From: Diplonema japonicum
Lineage: Eukaryota > Protista > Euglenozoa: Diplonemea
Assembly: GCA_964019335.1 (NCBI GenBank)
Contig: OZ025688.1
Span: 504,758 to 568,757, forward strand
Direction of reading: 5' to 3'
DNA: 64,000 nt
The notes under the pieces are model-generated. The model made no database searches. It was not told where the DNA came from and worked only from the letters and a program-made list of their open reading frames with translations. This document shows positions 43,902 to 56,053 of this stretch, in pieces (the first letter of the stretch is position 1; every line of letters starts with the position of its first letter). The position numbers and the translations under genes are program-made.

Positions 43902-44237
43902 ATGAGCGATATGTTGGACGTGAAGTTCCGTTCGATGAATTACAATGCGGACAGAATAACACAGAAGCAGAACGAGGTGACAGATGAGGGACGCGAGGCA
44001 CAGAAGGAGCGCAGCACAGCGATCTGGAAGAGGCTAAACCCCTTGTACGTGGAGGAGGAACTGAGTACCACGAACAAGTCAATGCTGACGTACGACCCCG
44101 AGGACTATAAGATGAGCAAGGTATGCTGCACGTGGCAACTCATGAAACAGGACAACTTCCGCGTTCGCGACAGACACACGGAGTACGTAGAGTACCTGGT
44201 GAGAGACCAGGCACTTGCACGGAAAAAGGCCACGTGA
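43902..44237 (+). CDS. Small hypothetical protein; in-frame intron 44121-44150
   Basis: ATG follows an ACACAAACACAG acceptor. A 30-nt GTATG...AAACAG intron translates as the atypical VCCTWQLMKQ if retained. Confidence 0.65.
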   Translation: MSDMLDVKFRSMNYNADRITQKQNEVTDEGREAQKERSTAIWKRLNPLYVEEELSTTNKSMLTYDPEDYKMSKVCCTWQLMKQDNFRVRDRHTEYVEYLVRDQALARKKAT

Positions 44238-44452
44238 GCGGCGGAGTGACATGTGTTGAAAAATACACGTCTGTTCTATTACGAGTTGCTTGCTTGGCGC
44301 GAACACTTCTCGCGCCACTTCGTATGGTGCATGGTTCTTTGGTAAGGAACGTGTCCCGAGAGCAAGTGCTTTTTACATACTTTTCTTTCCCCCTTATACC
44401 CTGCTTCATTTTTTTTTTACTCGGCTTCCACGCGCACACCCTCTGCAGTAAG

Positions 44453-44995
44453 ATGACGACCTCGCAGGAGACGTTGATGGAGGAGGCCTTCTCGCTGTTG
44501 CAGAAGAGTATGTGTACAGTTGAAACATTGACACCATCACGTCGCAGATGGCACGATACCGCCTGAGAGCATCCCGACGGCGCTGAGGGCTGCGGGGTTG
44601 AACCCCAGTGAAGAGGTGATCAGAGATCTGCAGAAGCAGGGCGGCAAGGGGTCGCAGGCATTGGATAAAGACGGCTACAAAAAGCTAGTAGGCGAGATGG
44701 ACGACCAGGCAGACACGCTGGAGTCAGTGCTGGAGGCGTTCCGTGTGTTCGACAAGAATCTCAACGGCACTGTGAGCACCAACGAGTTCCGACACATCAT
44801 GACCTCCATGGGAGAGAAGTACACCGATGACGAGTTCAGGGAGCTGGTGCAGGGGTATGCATCACAACACATAACACAACAACACACAGCTTTGACAACG
44901 GAGGCGTCGTCGAGTACGCAGAGCTCGCGAAGAAGATGCTCCTCCCGTTCCTGGAGCACGGCAACCCCGCAGACTTCATCGACAAGGTTAAATAA
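44453..44995 (+). CDS. Calmodulin/myosin-light-chain-like EF-hand protein; introns 44508-44547 and 44855-44889
   Basis: [19 protein letters not shown] and [29 protein letters not shown]. The spliced frame ends ...FIDKVK*. Confidence 0.88.
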
Positions 44996-45237
44996 ACCAT
45001 CTTCGTGGACATGCCCACGTGATGAAGCCATCCCTCTGTCTGTCTATAGTTAAGCCCTGAAGATAACACCCTAAGATGTGATTACCTACCTTGCCCCCCA
45101 TTCCCCTTTTAAGCAACTCACTAGGCGCTTCTTGGAATATTAGAAAATCCCCCTCTTTTTTCCCCTATTTTTTCCGTTTAATTTTTTTTGGAACGAAACA
45201 CCGCATAGCGTGGGTGAATTAGAAAAAATAAAATAAA

Positions 45238-45968
45238 ATGCTAAGCAGCTTGATGAAGCGATCCCGTCTGTCGAAGACGGAGGAAGGGTCGCAGCTGACG
45301 CTGGATGAAGTGGTGCGTGAGAACAGCGCATCGTTCAGCTCTGGGTACGACTCGGAGAGCGAGAGCGAGGGCGAGGCGTGGGTGAGGAACGCAGGGTTCT
45401 CGCTGATGGTACCTGTGGGGTCGTGTGTTGCAGATGAGCTCAGGAACAGCCAGAAGGAGAAGGAGAAGGTTGAGACAGCAGAGATGGGATGCCAAACCGA
45501 TGTATGTACTTTTCCCCCTTCAACACCAAACAGCCAAAGTTCACAATGGAACGTGAGGCAGAGAACCTTCGTGAGCAGGTGAAGCGCCTGCAGCTGGAGG
45601 CCAAGGCAACAGAAATGTACTACGCAAACAAGGACACCGTTATTGAGATGCAACGCGCAATGATCAAGAACCTGCAGGAGGCAGCCTCAAGGAACGCTGC
45701 ACAGGAACGGACATTCGCGGCAAGCCTCAGCTCACCTGGTGAATCGTCGAAAGGGTCCCCCAGTGGGAACAGCAGCGAGGATGACGAGTACGACAGCGAC
45801 ACCTCTTCCGAAGAAGAGGACAATGAACAACAGGTTGCCATTAAACAGCTGGAAATTCGCAGGCCTGTCATACCCCTTGTCCGTACCAGCCAAATAGAGA
45901 AGCACTCGCCTATGAGACGCACACCTTCGGCTAGTCATGGTGCTGCATTTGGCATGATACATTATTGA
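45238..45968 (+). CDS. Hypothetical protein with a short coiled coil; intron 45502-45533
   Basis: Intron GTATG...AAACAG joins ORF 45238 (…GCQTD) to ORF 45489 (PKFTMERE…). Confidence 0.7.
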
Positions 45969-48900
45969 CGAAAGATAGAAAGAGAAGTGAGATCATGGAA
46001 AAAACAAGAAAAAAAAAGAAGAAATGAAAAGAAATACACCACACCGCACCGATAGCGAAATAACAGCTTCAATCAAATCAAAAATTATGTGTCCCTTGCT
46101 ACCCTTCGTCATGGTTTTTTATGGATGGGAGTGGGGGGGGGGAGAAAAAAGGAGGGGGGACAAAGAAAAAAACAAAGAAAAAGCACCAAAAGTTCTTTTG
46201 TGGCAAAGAAACAGCTCTTTTTTTACTGTTGTATTTTTTATGTACCATCAAATCAATTTCCTGCTTTTTTTTTTAGAAGTGAAAAAAAGAAGCACAATAA
46301 AAAAAAAAGTAAACTTGAGTCGTAGCTTAGCATTTCTACAAATTGTATTTTTTTTTTTTTTTTTTTTTAAGTTTAGTATTGAAAAAAGTTGGCTGTCTTT
46401 GTCAAAATTGACTTGGCGGGGATTTTCTTTTTTGTCCCTTCCAAAAGGTCCTTTCCCCCTGCCTCCCTTCGTAGGAAATGGTGTCCCCAACCCAAATGTA
46501 ACAATTTCCCCCCTACTTTTTCAGGGGCAGCAAGACCTGTAGCCATGTCTAGGTGTGTGATGACACCTCCCCTTAAGCGAATCATTTCAGGAAAGTCTGT
46601 GTTCTGGTGACCGCCACAAGTTGACACTCCAATTGTGTCGCGTGACTACAAATACCCCGCACCCCAATGTCTTCATGGTACACTTTGGAGCAAGACTGTG
46701 GTGGTCATGCAGAGTGCAGTTGCCTTAAAGCACCTTGATGCTAAAAAGATCGAGTTTTTTTTCTTCTTTTTTTTTTCCACCTGTTTTTTTGAAACAAGAA
46801 GAAATTCACTCCCACCACTACAACTACTCTGCAATTGAAACAAAAAGAAAAAAGAAAACAAGGGCATGCATTGCTAGCTAACAAAAAGAGAGTAAATACC
46901 GCTCGTTACTTTACAGAAGAGAAAATGTGTGAAAGTTTGCAATCTAATGGCTGCAGTTGGGGAAAGGGGGGGGGGGGGGGGGGAGGGGAAATGAAAGAAA
47001 ATTCACTCCCCCCCCCACGCACTATTCAGTTATTGTAGTCCCCCCATCGCCTTGTAGTTGGTGTAGGTGTAACTATTTTACTTATTTAGAATAAAAAAGA
47101 AATACTGTAAACAGCTGACTTGGACCGATTACTAATGAATTGGTTTACAGTCCGAGGGGGGAGGAAAAAAAAAAGAAAAGAAACAGGAAAAGAAAAAGGA
47201 ATGAGCTATGTGCAAATGGCTTTTTTTTTTTTGATACTCATTTCCTCTTCCTGTGACCAACGACAGACACCCCGCAGTGAAGAAAAATAAAAAGAGCGGT
47301 AAAATCGACAGTTCTGTTTTGTTCTTTTATTTCCTTTAAAATACATTAAAAATGAGTTTTCTCTCTCTCTTTTTTTTTCTTTTCCCCAATTCCCCTCCTT
47401 TTTGTCCCTTTTTTACTCTTCTTACCCCTCCCGCACACTTCTATTCTGCTATGTGTTTTTCTTGTTTATTTTTTTTTTTATTATCCAATGAAAGTTTTTT
47501 TTCCCCTCTCCCTTTCTCCCCTATATTATCTAGTAAGAGAAAAAAAGAAGGAAAAAAAAAATCAAATATTTTCCCCTCGCCTTTTGTTTGTAAGCAAGAG
47601 GGGGGGGAAGCGAATCTAAGAGAACTTTTTTTTAATTTACCGTCCCTTATGTTTTTATTTTTTGTGTCAAATATTTAAGGTTTGTGTTGTTGCTTTTTTC
47701 TTGTTTTTTTTCTCTCTCACCCCACACCCCCCTCCCCGTGCAGAGCCCTTACGCGGCAACAGAGTACTGTGGACACTTGACTAGACGCGGCTTGAAATAA
47801 GTTGCCAGCTGCCTGTGGCAAGAGTGTCCGTATTAGAAAAGAATAATTTAAAAATTTAATTTTCTTATGTAATTTGCGCCAGCAAAAAAAAAAAAAAAAA
47901 GAACAGGAGATGCGAAGAAGAGAAATCTAAAGAAAGATAGGTTTTTCTTTGTAATTTCTTTTTTTTTTTTTTAATACTTCTATCATTACATTTTTTTATT
48001 CTCAGGCAATTTTTTTTTTGGCAGGCGTCGTCGTCTAAGCTTCTCCCACATCTCCTTCACTTCACGGTGAATTCTTCTTTTTTTATTTTTAAAAATAAAA
48101 AATATCATCCTTGAGGGAACGAACAACAAAAAAGAAAGCGAATGACCTCCCCTCGTTATTTTCTTTTTTCTCTTTCTTTTTGGGGGAAAAAGCCAAAAAA
48201 AAAATAAAAATAAAAAAAAAGAGAATTTTTATATGTCCCCCCTATAAGAGTTCTTTTTTTCTGCCTGGAGAAATTTTGAATTAAATCAAAGTATATTTTA
48301 GTGGTGACCAAGGTTACCCCCCCCCCTTTTTTTCCTTATATTATCAGTCCCTCTTCCCCTTCTGACCTGAGGTCAGATCGTTTCTTAAGCAAGTCGAAAG
48401 CACCCGACATGACGAGTGACACCAACTAGAATACATATTTTTATAAGAACCCCTTGAAGAAAAATCCCTCACTCCACCTTGCACATGCATGGGAGAACGC
48501 CTTTGTCCCATAAGGCACAGATCACCTGAAAATGAAAATCAGGCTCCCGTGTTTGGATACTTGGAGAGGGAAAAACAAGGGAAGAAAAGGAAGAAATAAA
48601 ACCAAGGGAAGAAAAGCCCCCTTCCCCTCCCCTCCCCTCCCTCTCTTCCGTCCTTTGTTAGGCAAGAACCAATAGTTATCTTTTTATATTGTTCAAAAAG
48701 ATACTTCAAAATAACAAAATTACGCTCCCCCCCCCCCCCCCCCCACCTTTGCCCTCTTTTGCTTCCTTTTTTTTGTGAAAAAAAGAAAGAGAGGTCAGGG
48801 AGTGGGGGAGGGAGAGAGAAAAAAATAAATTTGCAAAGGGGGGTTTCCAGCACCTGCGGGATATTACTGAGCTAAGAACTGGGCATGGTGTTTAATGAAA

Positions 48901-49508
48901 TCTGCCTATAAGTTAGTATATTAAGAGGCTGCATTCAGGGGGGTAAAGGTTGAAAAGATATCCTTATTCACCGCTTAATACACTACACAAAAAAAAATAA
49001 ATAAATAAAGGTATCGTGTACATATTATAAATTGGGGGCCCAGCAAGCGAGATTAAGGGGAAATATTTTTCTTTTTTTTTTTTTTTCCACTTCCCCTTAT
49101 CCTTTCGTCCCTTAGTTTGAGACCTTTTAATTTACCCATCCCCACCCACCCCCTTCCCGCCATGTTACTTTTCCAATGGCTGCGGCGATTTTTTTTAAAA
49201 AAAAGTATAATGCAGACCGCCCGTGATATTGGCATTCTTGAAGGGGAAACAGCCAACAACTTATAGCCACCATTTTGGTGGCAATAGGGAGCAGGGTGGT
49301 TTTTTTTATATGTTTTTTTTTTTAATTAGGGGCGGTCCTCAAGTGGGATTTGCCCTTAAACATCGCCCCCTTTTTTTTTATTTTCAAATACTGTAAAACC
49401 AACAGTAGATTTTAAAAAAAAAGAAGCTTTCCATCACCTTTTTTACCCCCCCTTTTCTTTATACTTTCCGTTTTTATATCTTTATTCGGGGGGGGCATCT
49501 TTGTATGA

Positions 49509-49546
<38 letters not shown>

Positions 49547-52061
49547 GCGGTTTATCTCTCCAAAGTGTTTTGACACTCAAGACGTGTGCTGCCAACCATT
49601 GGGCTGGGTTGGAAGGGGAGTCTTCGTACGCCCCTGCGGTGCAGCATCTCGGTGCTTCTACCGCCGGCCTCCAATATCTCCGTGAGAGCACTTCAAAGGA
49701 ATGAGATAGCTTTTGGCTTTCAACTCCTGAGGCTTGCGAACACTTGAACAGATATGAAGCGTTGATTATTCGTTAAGTTTTTCAATTTCCAAGCTTTCTT
49801 TACCTCTCCACTTTTACTTTCTACGGGACCACAGGGGACTTGGGAGGCTTCGGGGCGAAGTTTCACAACGGTGGCCGCTGTGTCACATACTGCATGGCAC
49901 CACTAAAATCGAGACAACTTTTTCTCTTTTTATTTTCTTGTGTCCCTCCCGCACTCCCCCCCCCGTAAATAGACTCTCACCATAAAAGAATGTCAATGGC
50001 CAATGTGAGTTTTTTACCAAAAAATACACAGAAACTATAATTTTTTTGTTTCATTATCCCCCTTTTTCGGGGGGGTTTTTTTTTTCTCCGGACGATTCAG
50101 TTAAACCGAATAGTTTTTTTTTTTGAATTTGTGCTTTGAACTCAACTTTTAGTAAAGTGAGTTTTCAGGACTGTGTTTTTTATTTTTTTATTTTCTTGAT
50201 TTGTCCTGTAAAAAAAAGTTTTCTTTTTTTAAATGTTAGATTGCCTCATACCATTGGCTACCTTGCCTACGGAGTGTAGCTACAAAAAGAAAAAAGAACT
50301 TTTTATCAGAAAAATATTATCTGAAAAATATTTTTTATCTGTAGTCACGAGCAGCACCTCCAACGCTGTAGTGTTGTTTTTATTTGTTTTGGTTTTCCCT
50401 CCCTCGGGTAAGTTCTCCCATGGGTGTCTATTCAGGAATTTTTTTCTCAAATAAAAAATAGTCCTGTTCACCATTTGACGTACTTTTTTCAGGTGGTGGG
50501 GATAACATGAAAATATAAGAAAAACATCAGATGTGTTGTTCGCTGTTGACCTCCTCGTCGGTCATCACCGGTAGCGCCCGAGTGGAAGAACATAATGCAG
50601 ATGCTCAGGGTGACGAACAGGCAGCAAACTGCACGAGCGCAGAATCTTGGTTACCCGGGACGCACCGGCTGGGTTGAGCTGTACACCGCACGCATTAAGG
50701 ACACGACGCGGAACGCAGAAGAAGCTACAACTCGGCCGCGGCGCGCCCCCTGTAATAAAGTAGACAGTTCTTGTGCAGGGCGCCGCCAACACCGGCCTCC
50801 TTTAACTCATATATTCTTTATCATTTTGTTCGGATTTGCTGAATAAGAGCCCTTTGGACAACGATTGGCTTCGCAGGTGAGTCTTTGCACAGAAATAGAA
50901 CACGAAAAAGGAAGTCCGAGTTTTTTTTTTTAACTACAATTTTTAAAAATAATATCTATACATTTCCTGATGTGATTTTTCCGGTGGTAAAAGAAAAAGA
51001 AAAAAAAGGAAAATCCCCATTCTTATCTTAACCTGGTCTGCTGGTTGAGGTAAACTTCTTTGCACGAACGAGAGTGTGGGGATTCAAGGAAGCTCTTTTG
51101 TCATTTGGAGGAAAAAAAAGGAAAGTCAAAAATATATAAATTAAATTAAAAGAGAGAAAAAAGAAAAGTCTCTCTACGACACTCCTCCCCATTATTTGAT
51201 TTTTTTTTTTTTGCAAGCAGAGCGCCGCCAACACCGGCCTCCTTTAACTCATATATATATTTTTTTGCATTGGAGGTTGTCACTCAACAGCTGTCCTTTG
51301 CACATCCATTCTTCCTCTCTTTTTTTCTCGCACCGAAATCGCACAACGAGGGCACATTCCTAACTTCATTATTCAAATATCGTGGCATTTCCCCCCTCCA
51401 TTTTTTTTTCCTTTTTTTTTTTTGCATTCTCTTTTTACATTTCTCCTTTCTTTTTTTCCTTCTTTTTTCTTTTGGCGCTTTAAAAAAAAAAAGAATTAAA
51501 GATTTTTTTTTAAAAAAACGGCTTATGCACACCCTCCCCCTTCCCCCATTCCCACTTCTTTCTTTTCCCCTCCCCTTGTCTCGGGGGAGGGAAAAAATGG
51601 ACTCTTGTTGTCATTTTTTTTATGACCCAGGTTTTTTATCTACGATGTGAACATAGAGAAAAGTAGGCTACTCTATGTGAAATAGATTCTGGACTGGAAG
51701 AAGAGTGGGAAAAGAAAAGAGAGAGTTTTTTTGTATGCTGCCAGCCGGGCAAAGGAATAGGAAAGGAAGGAAAAAAAGAGGTTCCCCCCCTTTTTTTGAG
51801 AATTACTACTTTTTCTGTCGTCTTTTATTTCCTCCTTACCCTCCTTCCCTAATGTTGCTGTGGGCTGTGCACATAGTATGTTGGCAATGCGCTACGATTC
51901 CTTAAGACACACAGTCGGTCGGGAGTAGCAGCTAGTGCCACAAGAAATCTAGCAACAAGTGTCCTTCAGGTGCTGCGGGTGGCACCGCTTTGCTGCGGGT
52001 TGCACCTGCAACACAATAACGTTTTTTTTTTTTGTTTTGTTTTGTTTTCTTTTTTTTTTAA

Positions 52062-52782
52062 CCATTAAACCCACATGTCATATATATATGACATAAAAAA
52101 AAAAAAAAGAAAAAATCTCTAGGCCTTTTGGTCAAATTATGACCTTTCTTTCACTTTTCTGTCGCCATTGCGCGATTTTTTCCACTTTGTTTGGCTAAAT
52201 GCTGCCCTTTTTCAGCACTATTTTAAGAATTTGAGAGGTCGAAAATCCGGGAAAAAAATGATTTGAGAATGAAGAATAATCGACTGGAGCAGAGGGCTGG
52301 TCGTGAGTGATGAAGAATGCAAAGAAATGTCAGACTCTCCAGCTTTTTTATTCGTTTTTTACACCATACACCCTCCGATGCCTGACAGCATTCACAAACA
52401 ACCACCTAGAGCGCCGCAAAATCGACAAAAGAGTCACGGAAGCCGAAATCAGAGCGTTTCTGGGCCTATGGGTGTTAATGGACCTCACCACCCGTCCCAA
52501 CTTCCGTGACTACCGGAAAACCGATCCTGACTCCATTATGCTTACTCAGGGGTTTGCGCGCGTCATGTCCGGAAACCGGTTTGCCCAAACCAAAAAGGGT
52601 GTTGGGTCAAAAATCATAAGTTCAAAAGCCAGTTCAGGGGAACCCTGATACCTGAATGTCTCCAGAGGTCATTTCTCCATAAAAAGAACACTTTGTATGG
52701 TTAAATGCTGTCATTTTTTTGAATTTTTTGGAATCGCCTCAAAAATGAGCTTTTTTCGGTTTTTTGCCTGTGGGCTTAATGG
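52062..52782 (+). mobile_element. Internally deleted (non-autonomous) piggyBac DNA transposon
   Basis: TTAA flanks at 52058-52061 and 52783-52786; 14-bp TIRs CCATTAAACCCACA / TGTGGGCTTAATGG (1 mismatch). The internal ORF fragment (LF..FF...TN...T.AEIRAFLGL..LM...DY.KTD...F..VMS.NRF) matches the piggyBac transposase N-terminus; no DDD core. Confidence 0.88.
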
Positions 52783-53777
52783 TTAATACTTTATTTTTTT
52801 TCCCTGCCGAACGATTCTACTTTTTTTTTTCTTCCTTCTTTTTCTCTTTTCTCAGAGTGCTTTACTATTTTTTTTTTTGTGAAGACGTTGCACACGTCTT
52901 AATCCCCCATTTCCTGTTTTTCTTTTTTGTTCACCCCAATGTTTTCCCCTTTCTATCTTTAAAAAAAGCCACCTTTTCTTTGCCATGCCTTTGCCCCATG
53001 TTGCATCTGTTATGCTGTGGCCGTAAAACGGGCCTCTTGCATTTGTTTTTTTTTATTGTTTGTGGTATGGGGGTGTCAAGGACAGGAAAGTGAACGAAAG
53101 GTACTCCATACATGGCTAGCCTCTAAGATGGCCTTTTTTTACTAGTATATTTATAGCTTTGCTGGTATAGCTACCTTCAAGTACAACCAAACACTGGGCA
53201 GTGCAATGGGTGGGATTTTGTAGCCTCCTATCGTAGTGTGTTCCATAAAAGTGTTTCACCGCAGCACTGCCCTTTTCTTTTTTCTTCTCCTTCTCCCCCC
53301 ATTCTTTTTTTTCGCCAAGGAAAAGAAATTAGAAAGAAGAACAGTGAGAGGGGCAGCGTGTGCTGCTCCTGTCACGCGAACCGGCTTTGTGTATGGAAGG
53401 CCAGTGCCTTTCAAAGAAACAATATAATAATTAAAGAAAAAAAATGAATGTCTAGTAAACTAGTAAAGAACACGGGTGTGTGCAGTGGTATAATTTACGT
53501 GCACACATTCACACCCCTCGCCCCTGTTCTTTCTTGTGTCATATCGAAAGGATCTCCTGCCCCCCCCTCTCTTTTTAACCCCCTGCGTGCAGTCACCAGT
53601 CTTTCAGAGCTCAGCTTCCTTGTGCATGGAGCAGACGTACAACTTCAGCAAAGACTGGTGATGTGCAGAATTGTCTCTTTTTTGCTTGTGTGCACTTGAG
53701 AGTTTCCCTATTCTTCGTGTGCCTTTAGTTTTATTATTCCTGGATTCAGTTTTCACCCCCTCAGCTACACAGGTACC

Positions 53778-55190
53778 ATGCGCCCACATACGAAGATGAT
53801 AGTGCTCATGTGCACGTTAATATTCGGCATTCTCTTTCTGCGCGAAGAAGACTGCAGCACAACGTTAGCAAAGCTAAATGATGACTACGACAAACGGGAG
53901 AAAGCGATCTTAGAGAAAGGCGTAAAAACATTGAACAGCTACCTCAAGGACTTGCCTGACGAGAGCAACGAGGGAAAGCGCGGGGAGCCCAAACACGAGG
54001 AGCCTAAGCATGAAGATCCTAAGCATGAAGAGCCTAAGCATGAAGAGCCTAAGCATGAAGAGCCTAAGCATGAAGAGCCTAAGCATGAAGAGCCTAAGCA
54101 TGAAGAGCCTAAGCATGAAGAGCCTAAGCATGAAGAGCCTAAGCATGAAGAGCCCAAGCACGAGGAGCAGGTCGAGAGTAGCATACCAGGCGTAACGCTG
54201 GCTGCTGAGAAGAAGTTTGATGCAGACATGCGCCAGAAGTGGAAGGCATCGGCAGGGCTTTACAAGGATAAGAGCAGGCACCGTGAGTTGGAGAATGTAG
54301 TGATGGTGACGATGGTGAACAATGCGTATGAAAAGATGTTCAACAACTGGAAGTGCCAGGCAGACAAGTTCGGGCTCGACTTCCTGGTGCTTGCGTTTGA
54401 TAGCAAAGCGATCTCCTTTATGGGAGACGACAAAACTGTGGTGTTGCCCGGGAGCGACACAGAAGAGCAGATTCGTGTGAACACCAACAGGTTCAACGTG
54501 ATGGGGTGCCAGAAGGTGGACGCTGTCATCAAGCTGCTGGAGATCGGTGCAGATGTCATTGTCATCGACGCGGACTGCGTCTTCAAGAAGGAGCCAGTGA
54601 AGTTCTTCAAAGAAGCCATGCAGCACGACTTCTATTTCCAGTCGAACCACCCCGACTGCCGCACTTTGGATTCAGCAAACCCCGACCCTGCTTGTTTCCT
54701 AATCAACTCTGGATTTTACTATGTAACAGGAAAGAACAAAGCGATGATTGAGCTCCTGAAGAAGGCACGCAAGAGTTGCTACGAACATGCTGATGTGAAA
54801 AACGTGTCGCCGACTGACGGTGCTGGGGATCAGCGTGCTCTGCAAAGAATGCTCAACAACGAGCTCAACATCCCTACACATTACTATGGTGCTTGGGACT
54901 CGCACTTGAAGACAGTGCCAGCCCCGTGGCGCCAGGCATACGCTCTGAACACCTCATCGTTGTTCAAGTCTGCTTCCTTCTGCACACACGAACACGACCA
55001 GAGGCTCCCTAAGCCGGTGTTTCACTACTGTACACTGGACCCGACTATATATCCAGCTGGGAAGCACAAGGGGATTGTTCATGATGAGATGGTGGCCTTC
55101 CATGCCAACCATCTGCCGGGGGGCATCGAGGCGAAGATACGCCAGCTAACAAAACATCGTCTTTGGAACGGTGGTGAGAAGTGTGAGTAA
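53778..55190 (+). CDS. Nucleotide-diphospho-sugar transferase (GT77-like), type II membrane, with PKHEE repeat stem
   Basis: N-terminal TM; VMVTMVN.AY..M..NW; K...V..LL..G.DV...DAD; INSGFYYV; DQ; FHANH...K..L....LW. Confidence 0.85.
   Translation: MRPHTKMIVLMCTLIFGILFLREEDCSTTLAKLNDDYDKREKAILEKGVKTLNSYLKDLPDESNEGKRGEPKHEEPKHEDPKHEEPKHEEPKHEEPKHEEPKHEEPKHEEPKHEEPKHEEPKHEEPKHEEQVESSIPGVTLAAEKKFDADMRQKWKASAGLYKDKSRHRELENVVMVTMVNNAYEKMFNNWKCQADKFGLDFLVLAFDSKAISFMGDDKTVVLPGSDTEEQIRVNTNRFNVMGCQKVDAVIKLLEIGADVIVIDADCVFKKEPVKFFKEAMQHDFYFQSNHPDCRTLDSANPDPACFLINSGFYYVTGKNKAMIELLKKARKSCYEHADVKNVSPTDGAGDQRALQRMLNNELNIPTHYYGAWDSHLKTVPAPWRQAYALNTSSLFKSASFCTHEHDQRLPKPVFHYCTLDPTIYPAGKHKGIVHDEMVAFHANHLPGGIEAKIRQLTKHRLWNGGEKCE
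53988..54167 (+). repeat. 12 x 15-nt coding tandem repeat (PKHEE)
   Basis: CCTAAGCATGAAGAG units; 180 bp in total. Confidence 0.95.
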
Positions 55191-55344
55191 AAAAAAAAAA
55201 GTGTGGAGCTAACCTGCATTGTTTGCGGTGATAATAATCAGAAAGAAACATGCCCCACGGTTCGTGCGGGTTTCGCGGGTTTACTTGTGTTGCATAAACT
55301 CCTTTTTTACGTTCCTCCATTTGAATAATCATACAGGCGCAAAG

Positions 55345-55767
55345 ATGGTTACAGGTGACTCGTGCAACAGGAACAACTACTTGAGCAGGAAGCCTAGCAC
55401 GAAGGTTGCTGCAGCACCCGGTGGTGACTCCTCATTGTCCCTGGGATGGGATCAGGTGTGTTTCCAACAACAAAAAAGGAAAGACACACAGCCAGCAGAG
55501 GTTCCTCGGAAGAGGGTTACACCTCCACCGCAGCAGGTTGTTGCTGAGCCACCTCCGGCGGCAGTAGTGCCGCAAGAAAAACAGCAGCGGCAACAACAAC
55601 TACAACAACAACAACAACAAGAACAGCAGCAGTCCCCTCCTCGTGCTGGCCAGTCCTCTAACGCCTGGGCCAGCAACAACAGTCAGAACTGCGGCAACAT
55701 GATCACCGACAGGCCCTCCACGAGAGTGCACGCGCCCCCTGGCGGCAAGTCATCTATTTCCTTTTAG
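55345..55767 (+). CDS. SPIRAL1-like microtubule-associated protein, copy 1; in-frame intron 55456-55491
   Basis: N- and C-terminal motifs PSTKVAAAPGGDSSL and QNCGNMITDRPSTRVHAPPGGKSS, as in the SPR1 family. Confidence 0.8.
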   Translation: MVTGDSCNRNNYLSRKPSTKVAAAPGGDSSLSLGWDQVCFQQQKRKDTQPAEVPRKRVTPPPQQVVAEPPPAAVVPQEKQQRQQQLQQQQQQEQQQSPPRAGQSSNAWASNNSQNCGNMITDRPSTRVHAPPGGKSSISF

Positions 55768-56053
55768 CTGAACCCTTAACTTACCTAAGTGTCTGTGATT
55801 GCTTTGGACCTATCGGCCAACCCTCTTCCCTTCTTAGTATCGGTGCACCAGTATCCACATGAGGTTCCTCCTCTGCTTCAAAGGTTTGAAGCCGCATATA
55901 TAGCAGCCCACTAGTTGAGAAAACTTGAGAAATGAGAAGTGCGACTGAACGCGAGCACAATTCTTTTTTCAAAAAAAAAAACTCTTTTGTTGTATTGTAC
56001 TCCTCAAATAAGTTTTACAGTTCTACATTTTCAAGAAAAAAAAAAAAAAAAAA

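Noticed and set aside
47770-51965. Weak inverted similarity GGACACTTG..CTAGA (47771) / TCTAG..CAAGTGTCC (51947) as TIRs of a 4 kb element
   Set aside because: Too short and gapped, no TSD, and no transposase between them.
53988-54167. CRISPR-like array
   Set aside because: Head-to-tail coding repeat without spacers, in a eukaryotic gene.
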